Source of the DNA: Tubiluchus corallicola
Lineage: Eukaryota > Animalia > Priapulida
DNA length: 64,000 nucleotides
Reading direction: 5' to 3'
Assembly: GCA_030141605.1 (NCBI GenBank)
Contig: JAQGDQ010000446.1
Coordinates: 124,001 to 188,000 of the forward strand
The position numbers and the translations under genes were made by a program. Shown here piece by piece: positions 12,115-26,000 of the stretch. The notes beneath the pieces were generated by a model. The model saw nothing but the letters and a program-made list of their open reading frames with translations, made no database searches and was not told the DNA's origin. Numbering within the stretch: position 1 is the first letter of the stretch; the number at the start of each line of letters is the position of its first letter.

Positions 12115-13202
12115 CAGATGTCCCTAATGCAATACACGATGACCTTTCCCACTTCTTCAAACTCGGTCAAAATCCCGGTCGTTATGTCACAATAATTGCT
12201 AAATAGAAGTCCCTAATGCAATACACGATGACCTTTTCCACTTCTTCAAATGACTCGGTCCAAATCTCATTTGTTATGTCACAATAATTGCTAAATAGAA
12301 GTCCCTAATGCAATACACGATGACCTTTCCCACTTCTTCAAATGACTCGGTCAAAATCCCGGTCGTTATGTCACAATAATTGCTAAGTCCCTAATGCAAT
12401 ACACGATGACCTTTCCCACTTCTTCAAATGACTCGGTCAAAATCCCGGTCGTTATGTCACAATAATTGCTAAATAGAAGTCCCTAATGCAATACACGATG
12501 ACCTTTTCCACTTCTTCAAATGACTCGGTCCAAATCTCATTTGTTATGTCACAATAATTGCTAAATAGAAGTCCCTAATGCAATACACGATGACCTTTCC
12601 CACTTCTTCAAATGACTCGGTCAAAATCGCGGTCGTTATGTCACAATAATTGCTAAACAGAAGTCCCTAATTGCAATACACGATGACCTTTCCCACTTCT
12701 TCAAATGACTCGGTCAAAATCCCGGTCGTTATGTCACAATAATTGCTAAACAGAAGTCCCTAATGCAATACACGATGACCTTTCCCACTTCTTCAAATGA
12801 CTCGGTCAAAATCCCGGTCGTTATGTCACAATAATTGCTAAACAGAAGTCCCTAATTGCAATACACGATGACCTTTCCCACTTCTTCAAATGACTCGGTC
12901 AAAATCCCGGTCATTGTGTCACAATAATTGCTAAACAGAAGTCCCTAATGCAATACACGATGACCTTTCCCACTTCTTCAAATGACTCGGTCAAAATCCC
13001 GGTCATTGTGTCACAATAATTGCTAAATAGAAGTCCCTAATGCAATACACGATGACCTTTCCCACTTCTTCAGACTCGGTCAAAATCCTGGTCGTTATGT
13101 CACAATAATTGCTAAGTCCCTAATGCAATACACGATGACCTTTCCCACTTCTTCAAATGACTCGGTCAAAATCCCATTTGTTATGTCACAATAATTGCTA
13201 AC
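12115..13202. repeat. Tandem array of ~92-bp unit (~12 copies)
   Basis: Unit gtccctaatgcaatacacgatgacctttcccacttcttcaaatgactcggtcaaaatcccggtcgttatgtcacaataattgctaaatagaa. Confidence 0.95.
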
Positions 13203-13444
13203 AGTGCCACTGCCCAAGGACAAATTGAACCAAGATAGTCAAAAAATACTATACTATAATAAACAGCTGTCAATACATCAACTCACTAATAAATACAAAT
13301 ACCTCAATACTAACATCAATAGTACAGTCTAAAAGTAGGACAATTAAAAAACATCATATATGTAAAATAACAAATTCTAAATAATCGTTGATTGTCAGTA
13401 AGACGTATAAAAGACAATGGTCAGCAATCACACCACCATCTCAT

Positions 13445-13558
13445 TTAATTGCCAATAGACTGTTCCACCTCCTTCATAACTCGGAGGCACAACTCCTCTC
13501 TCCAAGGCAGAGTTACGCACTGCACTCCAATGGGTAAACCAACTGCACCTTTCGTAGC
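13445..13558 (-). CDS. FAAH: FAAH exon 16 (ATKGAVGLPIGVQCVTLPWREELCLRVMKEVEQSIGN*)
   Basis: Acceptor tttgcag; TAA at 13445-13447. Confidence 0.93.
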   Translation of the reverse strand, partial: ATKGAVGLPIGVQCVTLPWREELCLRVMKEVEQSIGN

Positions 13559-15399
13559 CTGCAAACACAGTGATAACTTCTGCATAAGATTTACACGGAA
13601 TATCAAGCGACAGTATGCATACCAAAAGACAATGTTAAGTTTCTTAAACGGGTTCTACAGGTTTTACACATCAAATGTAGATTTAGGCAATTCAAATGTG
13701 TCTTGGTAACTCAAAGGTAGACTTAGGTAGTTCAAATGTGTCTTGGTAACTCAAATGTAGACTTAGGTAGTTCAAATGTGTTAACAATGGTTTTCAACAA
13801 ATCTTAAGCGCTTTTGGTAAATCAAATGTAGACACATGTCAAGTCAAATGTCACATTGGTATCTCAAATGTGGATAGGTGGTAACGCTTAAAGATGTTAA
13901 ATTTAATCTCCTTTAATTCCTATGTCTACATTTGACTTACCTAAGTCACATTTGAACTTTCCTATGTCTACATTTGACTTAGCTAAGTCACATTTGAACT
14001 TTCCTGTGTCTACATTTGACTTACCTAAGTCACATTTGAACTTTCCTATGTCTACATTTGACTTACCTAAGTCACATTTGAACTTTCCTATGTCTACATT
14101 TGACTTACCTAAGTCACATTTGAACTTTCCTGTGTCTACATTTGACTTACCTAAGTCACATTTGAACTTTCCTATGTCTACATTTGACTTACCTAAGTCA
14201 CATTTGAACTTTCCTATATCTACATTTGACTTACCTAAGTCACATTTGAACTTTCCTATGTCTACATTTGACTTACCTAAGTCACATTTGAACTTTCCTG
14301 TGTCTACATTTGACTTACCTAAGTCACATTTGAACTTTCCTATGTCTACATTTGACTTACCTAAGTCACATTTGAACTTTCCTGTGTCTACATTTGACTT
14401 ACCTAAGTCACATTTGAAGTTTACTGTGTCTACATTTGACTTACCTAAGTCACATTTGAACTTTCCTATGTCTACATTTGACTTACCTAAGTCACATTTG
14501 AACTTTCCTGTGTCTACATTTGACGTGTAAAACCTATAAACTGGTCAACAGGTAAATGGAATCAATTAGTAAAGGAACAATTTTAATGTTTCCTGGCAAT
14601 TTCATTAGAACAAAGATTTGAAAGCTGTTCTGAACTGTGCGAGAGAAACTGAAAAAATTTCAGTGCTTCTTGGGTAATCTAAAACAGCTTTCAAACTTTT
14701 GTTCTAGTGAAAGTATCACGGAACTTTATTCCAGAGGCGTAGCAAAAGGGAGGCGACAGGGGGCAATAATCCCCGGGTGCAACGGTGAGGGGGACGAAAT
14801 TCTTCTAGAGTTTAATAACTGTAAATTATTAATTATTAATCCGACATTAGCAATTAACAAATTTTAAAGTTTTCAAACTACAACAAAACTGCCTAGCCAG
14901 AAATCATCGTAGCTAACTTAATTAAATACTGCGTACAGCCTAGAAAAAAGTTAATGTTGTTACTTAACAGCGTATATAGAGGGCTGCACTTGGCTTAGCA
15001 GACTGTTAAACGACTTGTGTTAGAGCAATTCCAACACATAGAAACGAGCAGTACCACAAATCAAACTCGAGTTGGTTGTTAGGAAAAATTTGTTTGTCCC
15101 ATCATGTCGAAAGGGAAGTGCTCAGGGATACAAAAAGTGTGCACAATTCATGGCTTCACCCACGAAACAAGTGATCAAAACATTAAAAGGGTACGGCACC
15201 CGAGGTTTTTCCACCAGCAGGCACCACAAGCACTTGCTACGCCACTGGATTGTTCCTCCTTTAATTGTTATTGAGATTATACAAAAGTGAGTATTAATGT
15301 AACTTAACTGTACCTGCAAATAAAGGAAAATAAGGAATTATAATGATGATGATGATGACATGATGATGATGTGATGATGATGAGATGATGATGATGATG

Positions 15400-15442
<43 letters not shown>

Positions 15443-18400
15443 GATGATGATGAGGAGGAAGAGGGTGAGGATGGTGTAAAAAACAGTATCTGGAATTCGG
15501 TACATGCTATAGTTTTCTAGGGTAAGAGAGAAATTACTTTTCTGTCATAATGCAAATAGGTACACTACACTCTCTACTCGCATTCGCGGCTCTACAGGAT
15601 TTAATAGAAACACGTTTGCATAATAGACTGCATTTCTTTACTGAAATCGACATAATCATGTCAACCGATAGCTTTACAAACAAAACAGTAAAAACAGCAC
15701 ATGCCATTAGATAGTTTTCAATGTGACATGAATGCTTAATGTGACAGATAATGAAATATTTTTAGTGAAATATACGACCATCTCTGAAAGCCACTCATCA
15801 ATGAAGTTGTTCTCATAAAACAACCGAACATTCACCAATAATTACCTAAACACTTCAGAAATCTGCAAGCCACTATCCAACATACACCTACTTAATGGAG
15901 ATAATTGACACAGGGCCAAAACACAGTTAACTATCTCGACTCTAAGTACGTAAGTAAGTAAGTACGTATGTAAGTATATTTGCACTGAACTGGCAAAGTT
16001 GTTTTAGTCATTTTTAAACGTCTACACAACCTTCCTACGTAAATAAATACAGTCAACCCTCGTTAAACCGGACTAATTGGGGGGGGGGGGTGACCCGGTT
16101 TGGCCGATTGTCTGATTTATCGGATATGCCTATATATGGTCTATATTAAACAGGAATAATCACCTTAATAAGCCCTATATACATTGCACTATATACTGTG
16201 CACTATATACTATACTGTATATTACTTGAAAATAGTTAACCTGTGAGGATAAAGAAATTATTGTACAGTTGCTAGGCCGCGTTGTGTTTAGCGCTCCGGC
16301 TCGGGCGGAAATCGGTCAGTTTCCTTTACCACGGATGACGTCCGTCTTATCCGATATCAGGGTTAACGGGGTCCGGTTTAACGAGGGTCGACTGTAGCCT
16401 CAAGAAATAGTTTACTCTGTCGTCACCCATCCATTGACTGACCAGGCTTGGTGTTGAATAATTGACTTCACCGCAATGTAGAGCTAACATCACAGTCACT
16501 AAAATCACAGTCACTAACATCACAGTCACTAACATCACAGTCACTAACATCACAGTCACTAACATCACAGTCACTAACATCACAGTCACTAAAATCACAG
16601 TCACTAACATCACAGTCACTAACATCACAGTCACTAGCACAACTTGAATGAAACAAGCAAAGCAACAAGAGCTTACCATTTTAATTTTCCAATCAATCGG
16701 ATCTTTCTGCGGATAAGACTTCAAGTTCTCTTGATCTTTTGCCGTCTCCACGGTGACCGGCACTACTCCGGCCGGAAAATCGAGCAGGTTGTACAAAATC
16801 GTGTAGGCGGCAGCAGCTGAGTGAGAAAATAAAGAAATGAACATTACTAAGTTGCTGCTGCTAGGAAAAGCTGGGAACTTTTAAAGAAACTCTCATGATG
16901 ATGATGATGATGTGATGATGATGATGTGGAGGATGATGATGATGGTGATGATGATAATGATGTGATGATGATGTGATGATGATGTGATGATGATGATGTG
17001 GAGGAGGATGAGGATGAGGATGATGATGTGATGATGATGATGTGGAGGAGGATGAGGATGAGGATGATGATGGTGATGATGATGATGTGATGATGATGAG
17101 ATGACGAGATGATGATGAGATGATGATGAGATGATGATGATGATGAGGATGATGATGATGATGATGGTGCAAGAGCACAAAATGTAAGAAGAAAATAGCA
17201 ACAGAAGTAAGTAAACTTAATCTTCAGTTTTGTTTCAAAACCCAGAATTAGTTGAATTGTTAAGTAATTTCAAAGCTATGCTCAAGACAGTCAATTTTTA
17301 AATTCACAGTTAAATAATAATTTATTTACATAATCCTAATAGCTTAAAGGAAAACCAGACCAAATCTTAAACTGTAGGTCTAAACAACTCTTTAAAATAT
17401 TGGGAACACATTTTTTTTCAAGGACTTGTGAAATAATTCTGCAAGAATCCAATTTTGCATTTCTTGCTACTAGTTCTTTGCTGTTGCATGCAGTTCGCCA
17501 TTTGTTAGTTAGACAGGCACTAGCGCCTGCATTTCGGAAAGAGGTTACACAAAAAACAGGTGCTGTACCGCTAAGGTCTGGGGTATTCATTTGTGACGCA
17601 GTGCACACTTGCCCAGTTTTAGCATAACACACTGAATATCTTAAACGGTAGCACTTTGCTTCAATTTTCGCATTTGCAAACACGTGCAACAAGCTCGTGG
17701 AATATTTTTGCGGATGAAAATGATGGTAGTTTGTGATGTCATCAATAGTTGGGCTCGCCTGCTGTTAATTAAGTTTTTAATCCATATTCAATTATCAGAA
17801 ATGCTTTGCAGTATTACTGGCATTAAAACGTATAGTTTAAAAATGATCCTGTTTCCCTTTAAATGAAGTGGTTGGATCTATGACAGAACACATGTGGTAA
17901 TACAATTACAAAGCGGAATGTTATCTCTCAGGCTAGCTTGGGTACAGTGAAGCCACGTGTGTTGATTCTAGAGCGTCATTATTCATTTTTGCATTACCTG
18001 TAGAGTTTGTTTGACATGTTTGGCCGCTCTTGTATGAGAGGTTAGGTAACCTTAGAATAGGATCAAATCCTGTTTTAGTGGTATAGAGGTCAGTAGATGT
18101 GTGGTCAGTTTGCCACTGTTGTAAAATCAGTATGTCTCTGTTGATTTTTGAAAACTAGCTTAAAGTTTTTTCTACGGATCCTCAAACGTTTGTAAGTTCA
18201 TATGTTTCTTCATTTTTATGCAAAGCTTTGCAGTAATTTATTTGTCAGTTTAATAGTTTCTGATAGTGTTACAGTGATGCCTAATTATTGATTTTTGCAA
18301 CTGCATATGCATATGTGTGTTTTTGTGTAGGCGTGCATGTTGATTTGGGATATGTCAGGAAGTTTATTTATTAGTAAATTCTGCTTCAGTGTGCTTGTTA

Positions 18401-19915
18401 AGCTTTTTAATTTGCTAATGCTTGTTCCTTTTTTATTTTTTGCACGTCTGTTATTGATTTATTTTTGTTTGATGTTCTTTTTTCTTCTTTCTATTGCAGT
18501 TTCACTTTTTACAAAGAGTGGAAAATAAAATCTGTAAAACAAATAACCAGTTTTCCACACGGAATATTCACTGTACATTGCATCATCAATTCAGCATCCC
18601 CACAATGACATGTAATTGTGTCGACAAACATCTTGAAAGGTCCAAACTGTTACCAACCCCATGGCCTTGAACAGCTTAGTTATACAATGTAGGATGATAA
18701 ACGCTAGCCGGTCACAAAACAAGCATGTAATAAGCTTAATACTCACACGACAAATGCTGCGGATATTCAGGAGGCGGTGCTGGAAACACACACGGCGGGC
18801 AGATAAGAGCATCCAAATTTGCGGCTTTCCAGGCTTTGATAAACTCTGATTTGTAGCTCTAACAATAAACCATGGAACAAAAATTCACAGCCAGAATCAT
18901 TTTAATTAACAATTTCATAACTGATTACAAATCTGCGTAACGTCTAATAATTACATCATAAAACATCAAACATTGTGCAGTACATTGGACATAACTGTGA
19001 GAGAATGTATAGACAAATTCAAGTTAAATTTTATCTTGTAAATGTTGTTTTTCTGAACATTAAAACATTCTCTTTTCTCTTTTGTGTTTTGAACCATATA
19101 TAATTATGTTTAATGTTTGACTATACAGTCGACTCTCGTTAAACCGGACCCCGTTAGCCCGGATATCGGATAAGACGGACGTCATCCGTGGTAAAGGAAA
19201 CTGACCGATTTCCGTCCGAGCCGGAGCGCTAAACACAACACGGCCTACCAACTGTACAATAATTTCTTTATCCTCACAGGTTAACTATTTTAAAGTAATA
19301 TACAGTATAGAATATAGTGCAATGTATATAGGCCTTATTAAGGTGATTATTCCTGTATAATATAGACCATATATAGGCATATCGGATAAATCGGACAATC
19401 GGCTAAACCGGATCCCCCCCAATTAGTCCGGTTTAACGAGGGTTGACTGTAATTAAGAACGACTGGTTTTTGGTTTTTGGTTTTTTTGCTGTTGTAGTAT
19501 TTTTGTTTTTTGCATTTATGGACGTTTATGTATTTTTTAATAGTTGTGTTTTGTTGCCATTGGCGTCGTTTTGTTTACTATTTTTTCTGAGTAGGGTGGT
19601 TGAATCGCTAGCCTTTGGTTCTTCGCCACCATTTCTCCCATGTTCATTTGTATTTTTGTGTATTTTATTGTTAAACTATTGTAAGTTTATGGAGAAAAAT
19701 AAATTACTTTACTTATTCACTCAGTCACTCACTCACTCACTCACTTACTAATTTACTCACTTACTTACTCACTCACTCACTCACTCACTCACTCACTCAC
19801 TAACTTACTAATTTACTCACTTACTTACTTACTCACTCACTCACTTACTTACTTACTCACTCACTTATCACTCACTCACTCTCACTCACTCACTCACTCA
19901 CTCACTAATTTACTC

Positions 19916-20008
<93 letters not shown>

Positions 20009-23000
20009 GAATTTCCTGGCCTTAAGAAATCTTAATCAAGGTTATATTTAAATTAAAAAACTTAGATGAAACTTCATAATTCATCCAAAAATCACCTTAA
20101 ACTTCATCTACAGATAAGTTGGTTATTTCAACACGCATCATTGTGCATTTTTAAAAATAAAGAAATTTGTCAATATTCTTTTGTGTTATTACGATAATAT
20201 CATGAATAAAGAAACAGCAGAAAAAAAATTATTATTACATGTACTTTAAAAACATAACCAAAGTGTAACTAGTAACTGCCTGAACTCAGTGTAACTAGTA
20301 TACTAACTAGTAACTGCCTGAACTCAGTGTAACTGGAATACTAACTTGTAACTGCCTGAACTCACTGAAATCACTAATATTCAACCTTACTCACATATAG
20401 ACATATAGTGGCTCACACTCATTACATTAAATATGTATATATTTGTTTGAGCTAGCTTTTACTGACTTGTACTTACTTATATTCAATTGTACTTACTTAC
20501 ACTCACTTGTACTCACACTTGTACTTACACTCACCTATACTCACTTATGCTTACTTATACTCACTTGTACTTACACTCATCTATACTCACTTATGCTTAC
20601 TTTTAGTCACCTGTACTAACACTCACCTATACTCACTTATGCTTACTTATAGTCACCTGTACTAACACTCACCTATACTCACTTATGCTTACTTATACTC
20701 ACTTGTACTCACACTCGCCTATACTCTCTTACGCTTACTTATACTCACTTGTACTCACATTCACCAAACTCATGCTTGCTTATACTCACTTGTACTGACA
20801 CTCACCTATACTCACTTGTGCTTACTTGTACTCGCACTCACCTATACTCACTCACACTTGCTTACACTTCATTGTAGTCACTTACAATCACTTGTCTTGT
20901 CTCAATTGTACACACTCTTTGTTTTACACATCAAACTAGAAAAACCCTGAACAAAAACACACAAAATGTTTACTAACTTCACATTCACTGTATATGAGAC
21001 GCAAGTGACAGTTGTCATTGGGGCCCCTGAAGCACGCTAACAGCTCTCCAACTCTTGGCCACTGGAAGAAATAAGAAAAAAAATTAAATTAGCAATCTTA
21101 CATCACTGAATCTGGTAGCACCTGCAGACTAGCGCATTTTTTTGCCAAGTAAACTTACAAAGTGATCAAAACTTGCTGTGAGTTACTCTCAACACTTGAC
21201 AGTAACCCACAAAGTAGTTCACACTTGACAGTGACCCACAAAGTAGTTCACACTTGACAGTAACCCACAAAGTAGTTCACACTTGACAGTAACCCACAAA
21301 GTAGTTTACACTTGACAGTAACCCGCAAAGTACTTCACACTTGACAGTAACCCGCAAAGTAGTTCACACTTGACAGTAACCCGCAAAGTAGTTCACACTT
21401 GCGAGTAACCCACAAAGTAGTTCACACTTGACAGTAACCCACAAAGTAGTTCACACTTGACAGTAACCCACAAAGTAGTTCACACTTGACAGTAACCCAC
21501 AAAGTAGTTCACACTTGACAGTAACCCGCAAAGTAGTTCACACTTGACAGTAACCCGCAAAGTAGTTCACACTTGACAGTAACCCGCAAAGTAGTTCACA
21601 CTTGCGAGTAACCCACAAAGTAGTTCACACTTGACAGTAACCCGCAAAGTAGTTCACACTTGACAGAAACCCGCAAAGTAGTTCACACTTGACAGTAACC
21701 CACAAAGTAGTTCACACTTGACAGTAACCCACAAAGTAGTTCACACTTGACAGTAACCCACAAAGTAGTTCACACTTGACAGTAACCCGCAAAGTAGTTC
21801 ACACTTGACAGTAACCCGCAAAGTAGTTCACACTTGCGAGTAACCCACAAAGTAGTTCACACTTGACAGTAACCCGCAAAGTAGTTCACACTTGACAGTA
21901 ACCCACAAAGTAGTTCACACTTGACAGTAACCCACAAAGTAGTTCACACTTGACAGTAACCCACAAAGTAGTTCACACTTGCGAGTAACCCACAAAGTAG
22001 TTCACACTTGCGAGTAACCCACAAAGTAGTTCACACTTGCGAGTTTACTGTAAGAAAGGAAATTTGTGCAAGAAAACTAGCTAAACTGAGCACACCGTAA
22101 GACGAAACTCCGCCATCGGTCAGGATATAAACTGACACTGCACGCGAAACCAATAGACAATAAGAAAGCAATATTATTATGTAAACGTGCCACACGTGCA
22201 ATTCAAGAAGCAGGATATAGAAAATAAATGGTGGCGCTACCAACCTGTTAGCTCAGGGGTGTGCAAATTATCTGACTAGCCGGGCCACATTAAACTTTCC
22301 CGCAATTCCTGCGGGCCACATGCAGTTTAATCAGGGAGCCAAGTACAGAAAGGCCTAATAACAATTTTTAAGTACATAATTACTACTACACTCAAGAAAC
22401 TATTTTAGAAGTTATTAAAATTTATATTACAAACCATATATTTCTACTTTCAGGGCAGATAGTGGTAATTTCATTACTATGCATATTAGTAATGTGTATC
22501 ACACAGTCTGTGTAGTACAGTGACATTACGCTACAACCGTCTTGTAACGGTTAATGGCGTCCGATCTAGTAGAAAAAACTACCCGCACTATCTTTGGGAT
22601 CGTGGCACGGACTTCAGCTGGATACACTCAATTAATCGCCCGGGCCACACTTTCATTAGGTTGACAAATCTCTTTGGGCCGCACAAATTCTCTCGGCGGG
22701 CTGCAATTTGCACACCCCTGTGTTAGCTAACAAGAAACATCTATGAGGCATAAAACTATGTTTTCATTGGCTGTAAGGTTCATTATTATTATGGTATTAT
22801 TATTATTATTATACACGCCTGTCTGTGTATTGTTTTATTGCTTCCTCTTGAGTGCTGCAAATGCATGACTCTTAGACTGACACTAGTACCAGCCACTTAA
22901 TACAGGCTATTAATCTAAAACTGGGAAAAATTTTGCAGCTCATATTCCAGCGATAACCTAACACCGCAGCCGATGTTGGATTCTTCATTTCTGCAAAGTC

Positions 23001-26000
23001 TGAGAGGCACACGAAAAAATTCCTGCAGTTGCAAAAATTGCGTAAGACAGTGACGTCCTAGCCAGATGTGCTCTGAATCATTAATTAAGTTTCAGATCCA
23101 ATATTTACTTATCAAAAGCATCAGAATTATTATACGTGCAGTTACAAACATAAAGGAATTTTGGAAAAAATAAAGTATAGTCTTCTTCTTCTTCTTCTTC
23201 CCAGCTTTTCCCTATGCGGGGTCGCCGTTGTGAATAAGTCTTCTTCATGCATTCCTGTTTTTGACCATCTCTTCATTTATGTTCTTCTCTCTAAGGTCTC
23301 CGTTTATGCATTCAAACCATCTCAGCTTGGGTCGTCCTCTTCTTCTATTTCCCAGCACTTCCATTTCCAGGACCTCCCTTCCCACGTGATCTTCACCGAC
23401 TCTTCTTTTCAGGTGTCCATACCATCGCAATCTTGCCTCTTGTATCTTTTTCGAGGCTTCCACTACTTTCACTGTTCCTCTAATATTACTATTCCTGATT
23501 TTATCCCTTCTTGTTATTCCCACCATCCATCTCAACATCATCCCATCATCATCAAAAAATAAAGCATAGTCTAAAACTGTACTCTTTTCCTTTAACTTCA
23601 CAGCAACAGCTATTTGAAACACATAAATGCAAAGCTAGTAAACTTACCACTAAGCCAATTAGTCGACTCATAGCTTTCTTAACAGGAAAGGGAAGAGAAA
23701 CCAGCTTATGAAATACCTTCAAGGTAGGATCTACCTCTTCATTTAACCTGCAAGAAAGAGTTACGCATTAGTAACAAGCAATGACTGTATCTAAAATGGC
23801 GACACAAAATTTTGAGAAGCTGTACAGACTATTAAAAAATTAGGTTAAGATAAAAAATTTGGAATATTGTATGCATTATAGCAATAAAACTAGCTGAAAT
23901 AGGTAAGTTTTTTAACTCTATAAAAATTGTTCCCATACAAAAATAAAATCAAAATATGAAGCACATAATGGTGAGTTCAAACTAGCAAGTTATCTTGCGA
24001 GTAACTCACAAGTGTGTTCAAATTAGAAAGCAAAGCCTGCAGTGAATTACTCTCTGACAGTATGGATGAACTGGCACTGCCTGCTCTATTTGCTGAGAAA
24101 TGTTGAGAGTAACTCATAATAGCATTCACACTAGACAGTAAATCAACTTGCGGCAACTTCGGGAGAGTTTGCAATGACTTGCCAATAGGTACTGCTAGAT
24201 TGCTACAGACAGAAAACTCGCGACAGTAACTCTCTATGTACAATTTAATTTCAGAACTGAAATTTGTTGTCTGCATCAAAAACATTACTCAAAGCTAGGA
24301 ATACGATCAAGTGTAGTTTCCTAGTTTTTCCCAAACCATCCATTGATCTGTTAATCCTGTCAAACTTCTCCTATGGAAACACACACTTAATCAGTAAGTA
24401 TAGTGATTCTCTTAAGTGCGGCCATATCACGTTGAAAACACCGGGTCTCGTCTGATCACCGAAGTTAAGCAACGTAGAGCCTGGTTAGTACTTGTGTGGG
24501 TGACCGCCTAGGAATACCAGGTGCTGTAGGCTTGCGGGATTGCCCACAATGTACCTCGACACTAGGCGGAGGACTGCACAAGCAGTCAACGGCTAGAGGG
24601 CGGAGGAGGCCAAGTAACCCAATGACCCAATAGAGGAGTAAACCTTCCAAATCAGGAGTGGAGCCCCGAAGGCGGACCAGTGCAGCATGCTCACTGACTC
24701 CGGCAGCTCCTGCAGCCCACGTGGTGCCAAATGTATCGCTCCGCTTTCCTTTGGACTACACCAGGGAGGAAGAAAAGGGGTTCCTGTTGTCTGGGAAATT
24801 CAGGATTTCCATACACCTTGCCCAGGCGTGCGCCCTGGAGAGGCCATTCTAGTGGTTCAAGGATCAGATTGCTCAGCCACAGTCGACGCTGCAGCTCCAT
24901 CAATGTGATCAATAACTGACTCTCGTGACGCACACTCCATTGTCTTCCGAGATAGAAGGATGCCAACAACAACAATAGCGATTCTCTTGCCTAATCAATG
25001 ACTTTCTTCCATGAATTTATCATCAAAAGAGCTAATCGCATGGCTCTTCTACATTAGATAACACATTTTTCAAAATTTAACTACAGACAGACAGAACTCG
25101 ATAATCCTGACTGCAATTTTTAAACATATGATAAAAATACAAAAAACACAGACCTAAGTACTGTTATAAATTGGCATAGTAATCCAATTATATTTGAGTA
25201 CAATTTTTTAAAAAAGCAGTAAATTTGAATTTTCTACCGACCATCCATCACTCAATGCTCTTCCTCCATCGAGAGCTATACAGCTTGCAGCTAAAGAGAA
25301 AGCGCGGCAACCTTGAGGCACTGTGAATGGTACTAACTGAAACAAAAATCACGTTTCAAAACACTAGAAAGTTTAAGCTACAGGAAAACAGCGAAATATT
25401 CTGATTCTCAACCGACGTCACTACAGTCACAGCCAGAATCATCCATGGGATATTTCGGTACAGTCGCTACGTTTCGGTACAGTCGCTACGTTTCGGTACA
25501 GTCGCTACGTTTCGGTACAGTCGCTATGTTTCGGTACAGTAGCTACGTTTCGATACAGTCGCTATGTTTCGATACAGTCGCTGAGTCTAGGAATGAATTT
25601 TTGAAAAACTGAAATGATTTATTTTCAAGTGATTTAAATATTTAGACATCACGAGACGAGAGAAAATGCACAATTACAAACTAAAATGCACGTGTTGGTG
25701 CTACCTAGCTCGTGCAGACTTATACTCACTTGTACTTGCACTCACCTAGACTCACTTATGCTTACTTATACTCACTTGTACTTGCACTCACCTAGACTCA
25801 CTTATGCTTACTTATACTCACTTGTACTCACACTCACCTAGACTCACTTATGCTTACTTATACTCACTTGTACTTGCACTCACCCATACTCACTTATGCT
25901 TACTTATACTCACTTGTACTCACACTCGCCTATACTCTCTTACGCTTACTTATACTCACTTGTACTCACATTCACCTAAGCTCACTTATGCTTACTTACA

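Noticed and set aside
13922-14530. 202-aa ORF of MSTFDLPKSHLNFP repeats
   Set aside because: Stop-free 42-bp DNA repeat with near-identical nucleotide units inside a TIR element; no synonymous divergence, unlike the 51.5-kb protein
15122-15313. Alternative FAAH terminal exon after strong acceptor tttatttgcag
   Set aside because: Peptide has no amidase similarity and runs into a MITE; the true last exon at 13445-13558 completes the fold
24416-24533. Functional 5S rRNA gene
   Set aside because: Diverged, no oligo-T terminator, continues into a SINE body and is enclosed by a TSD
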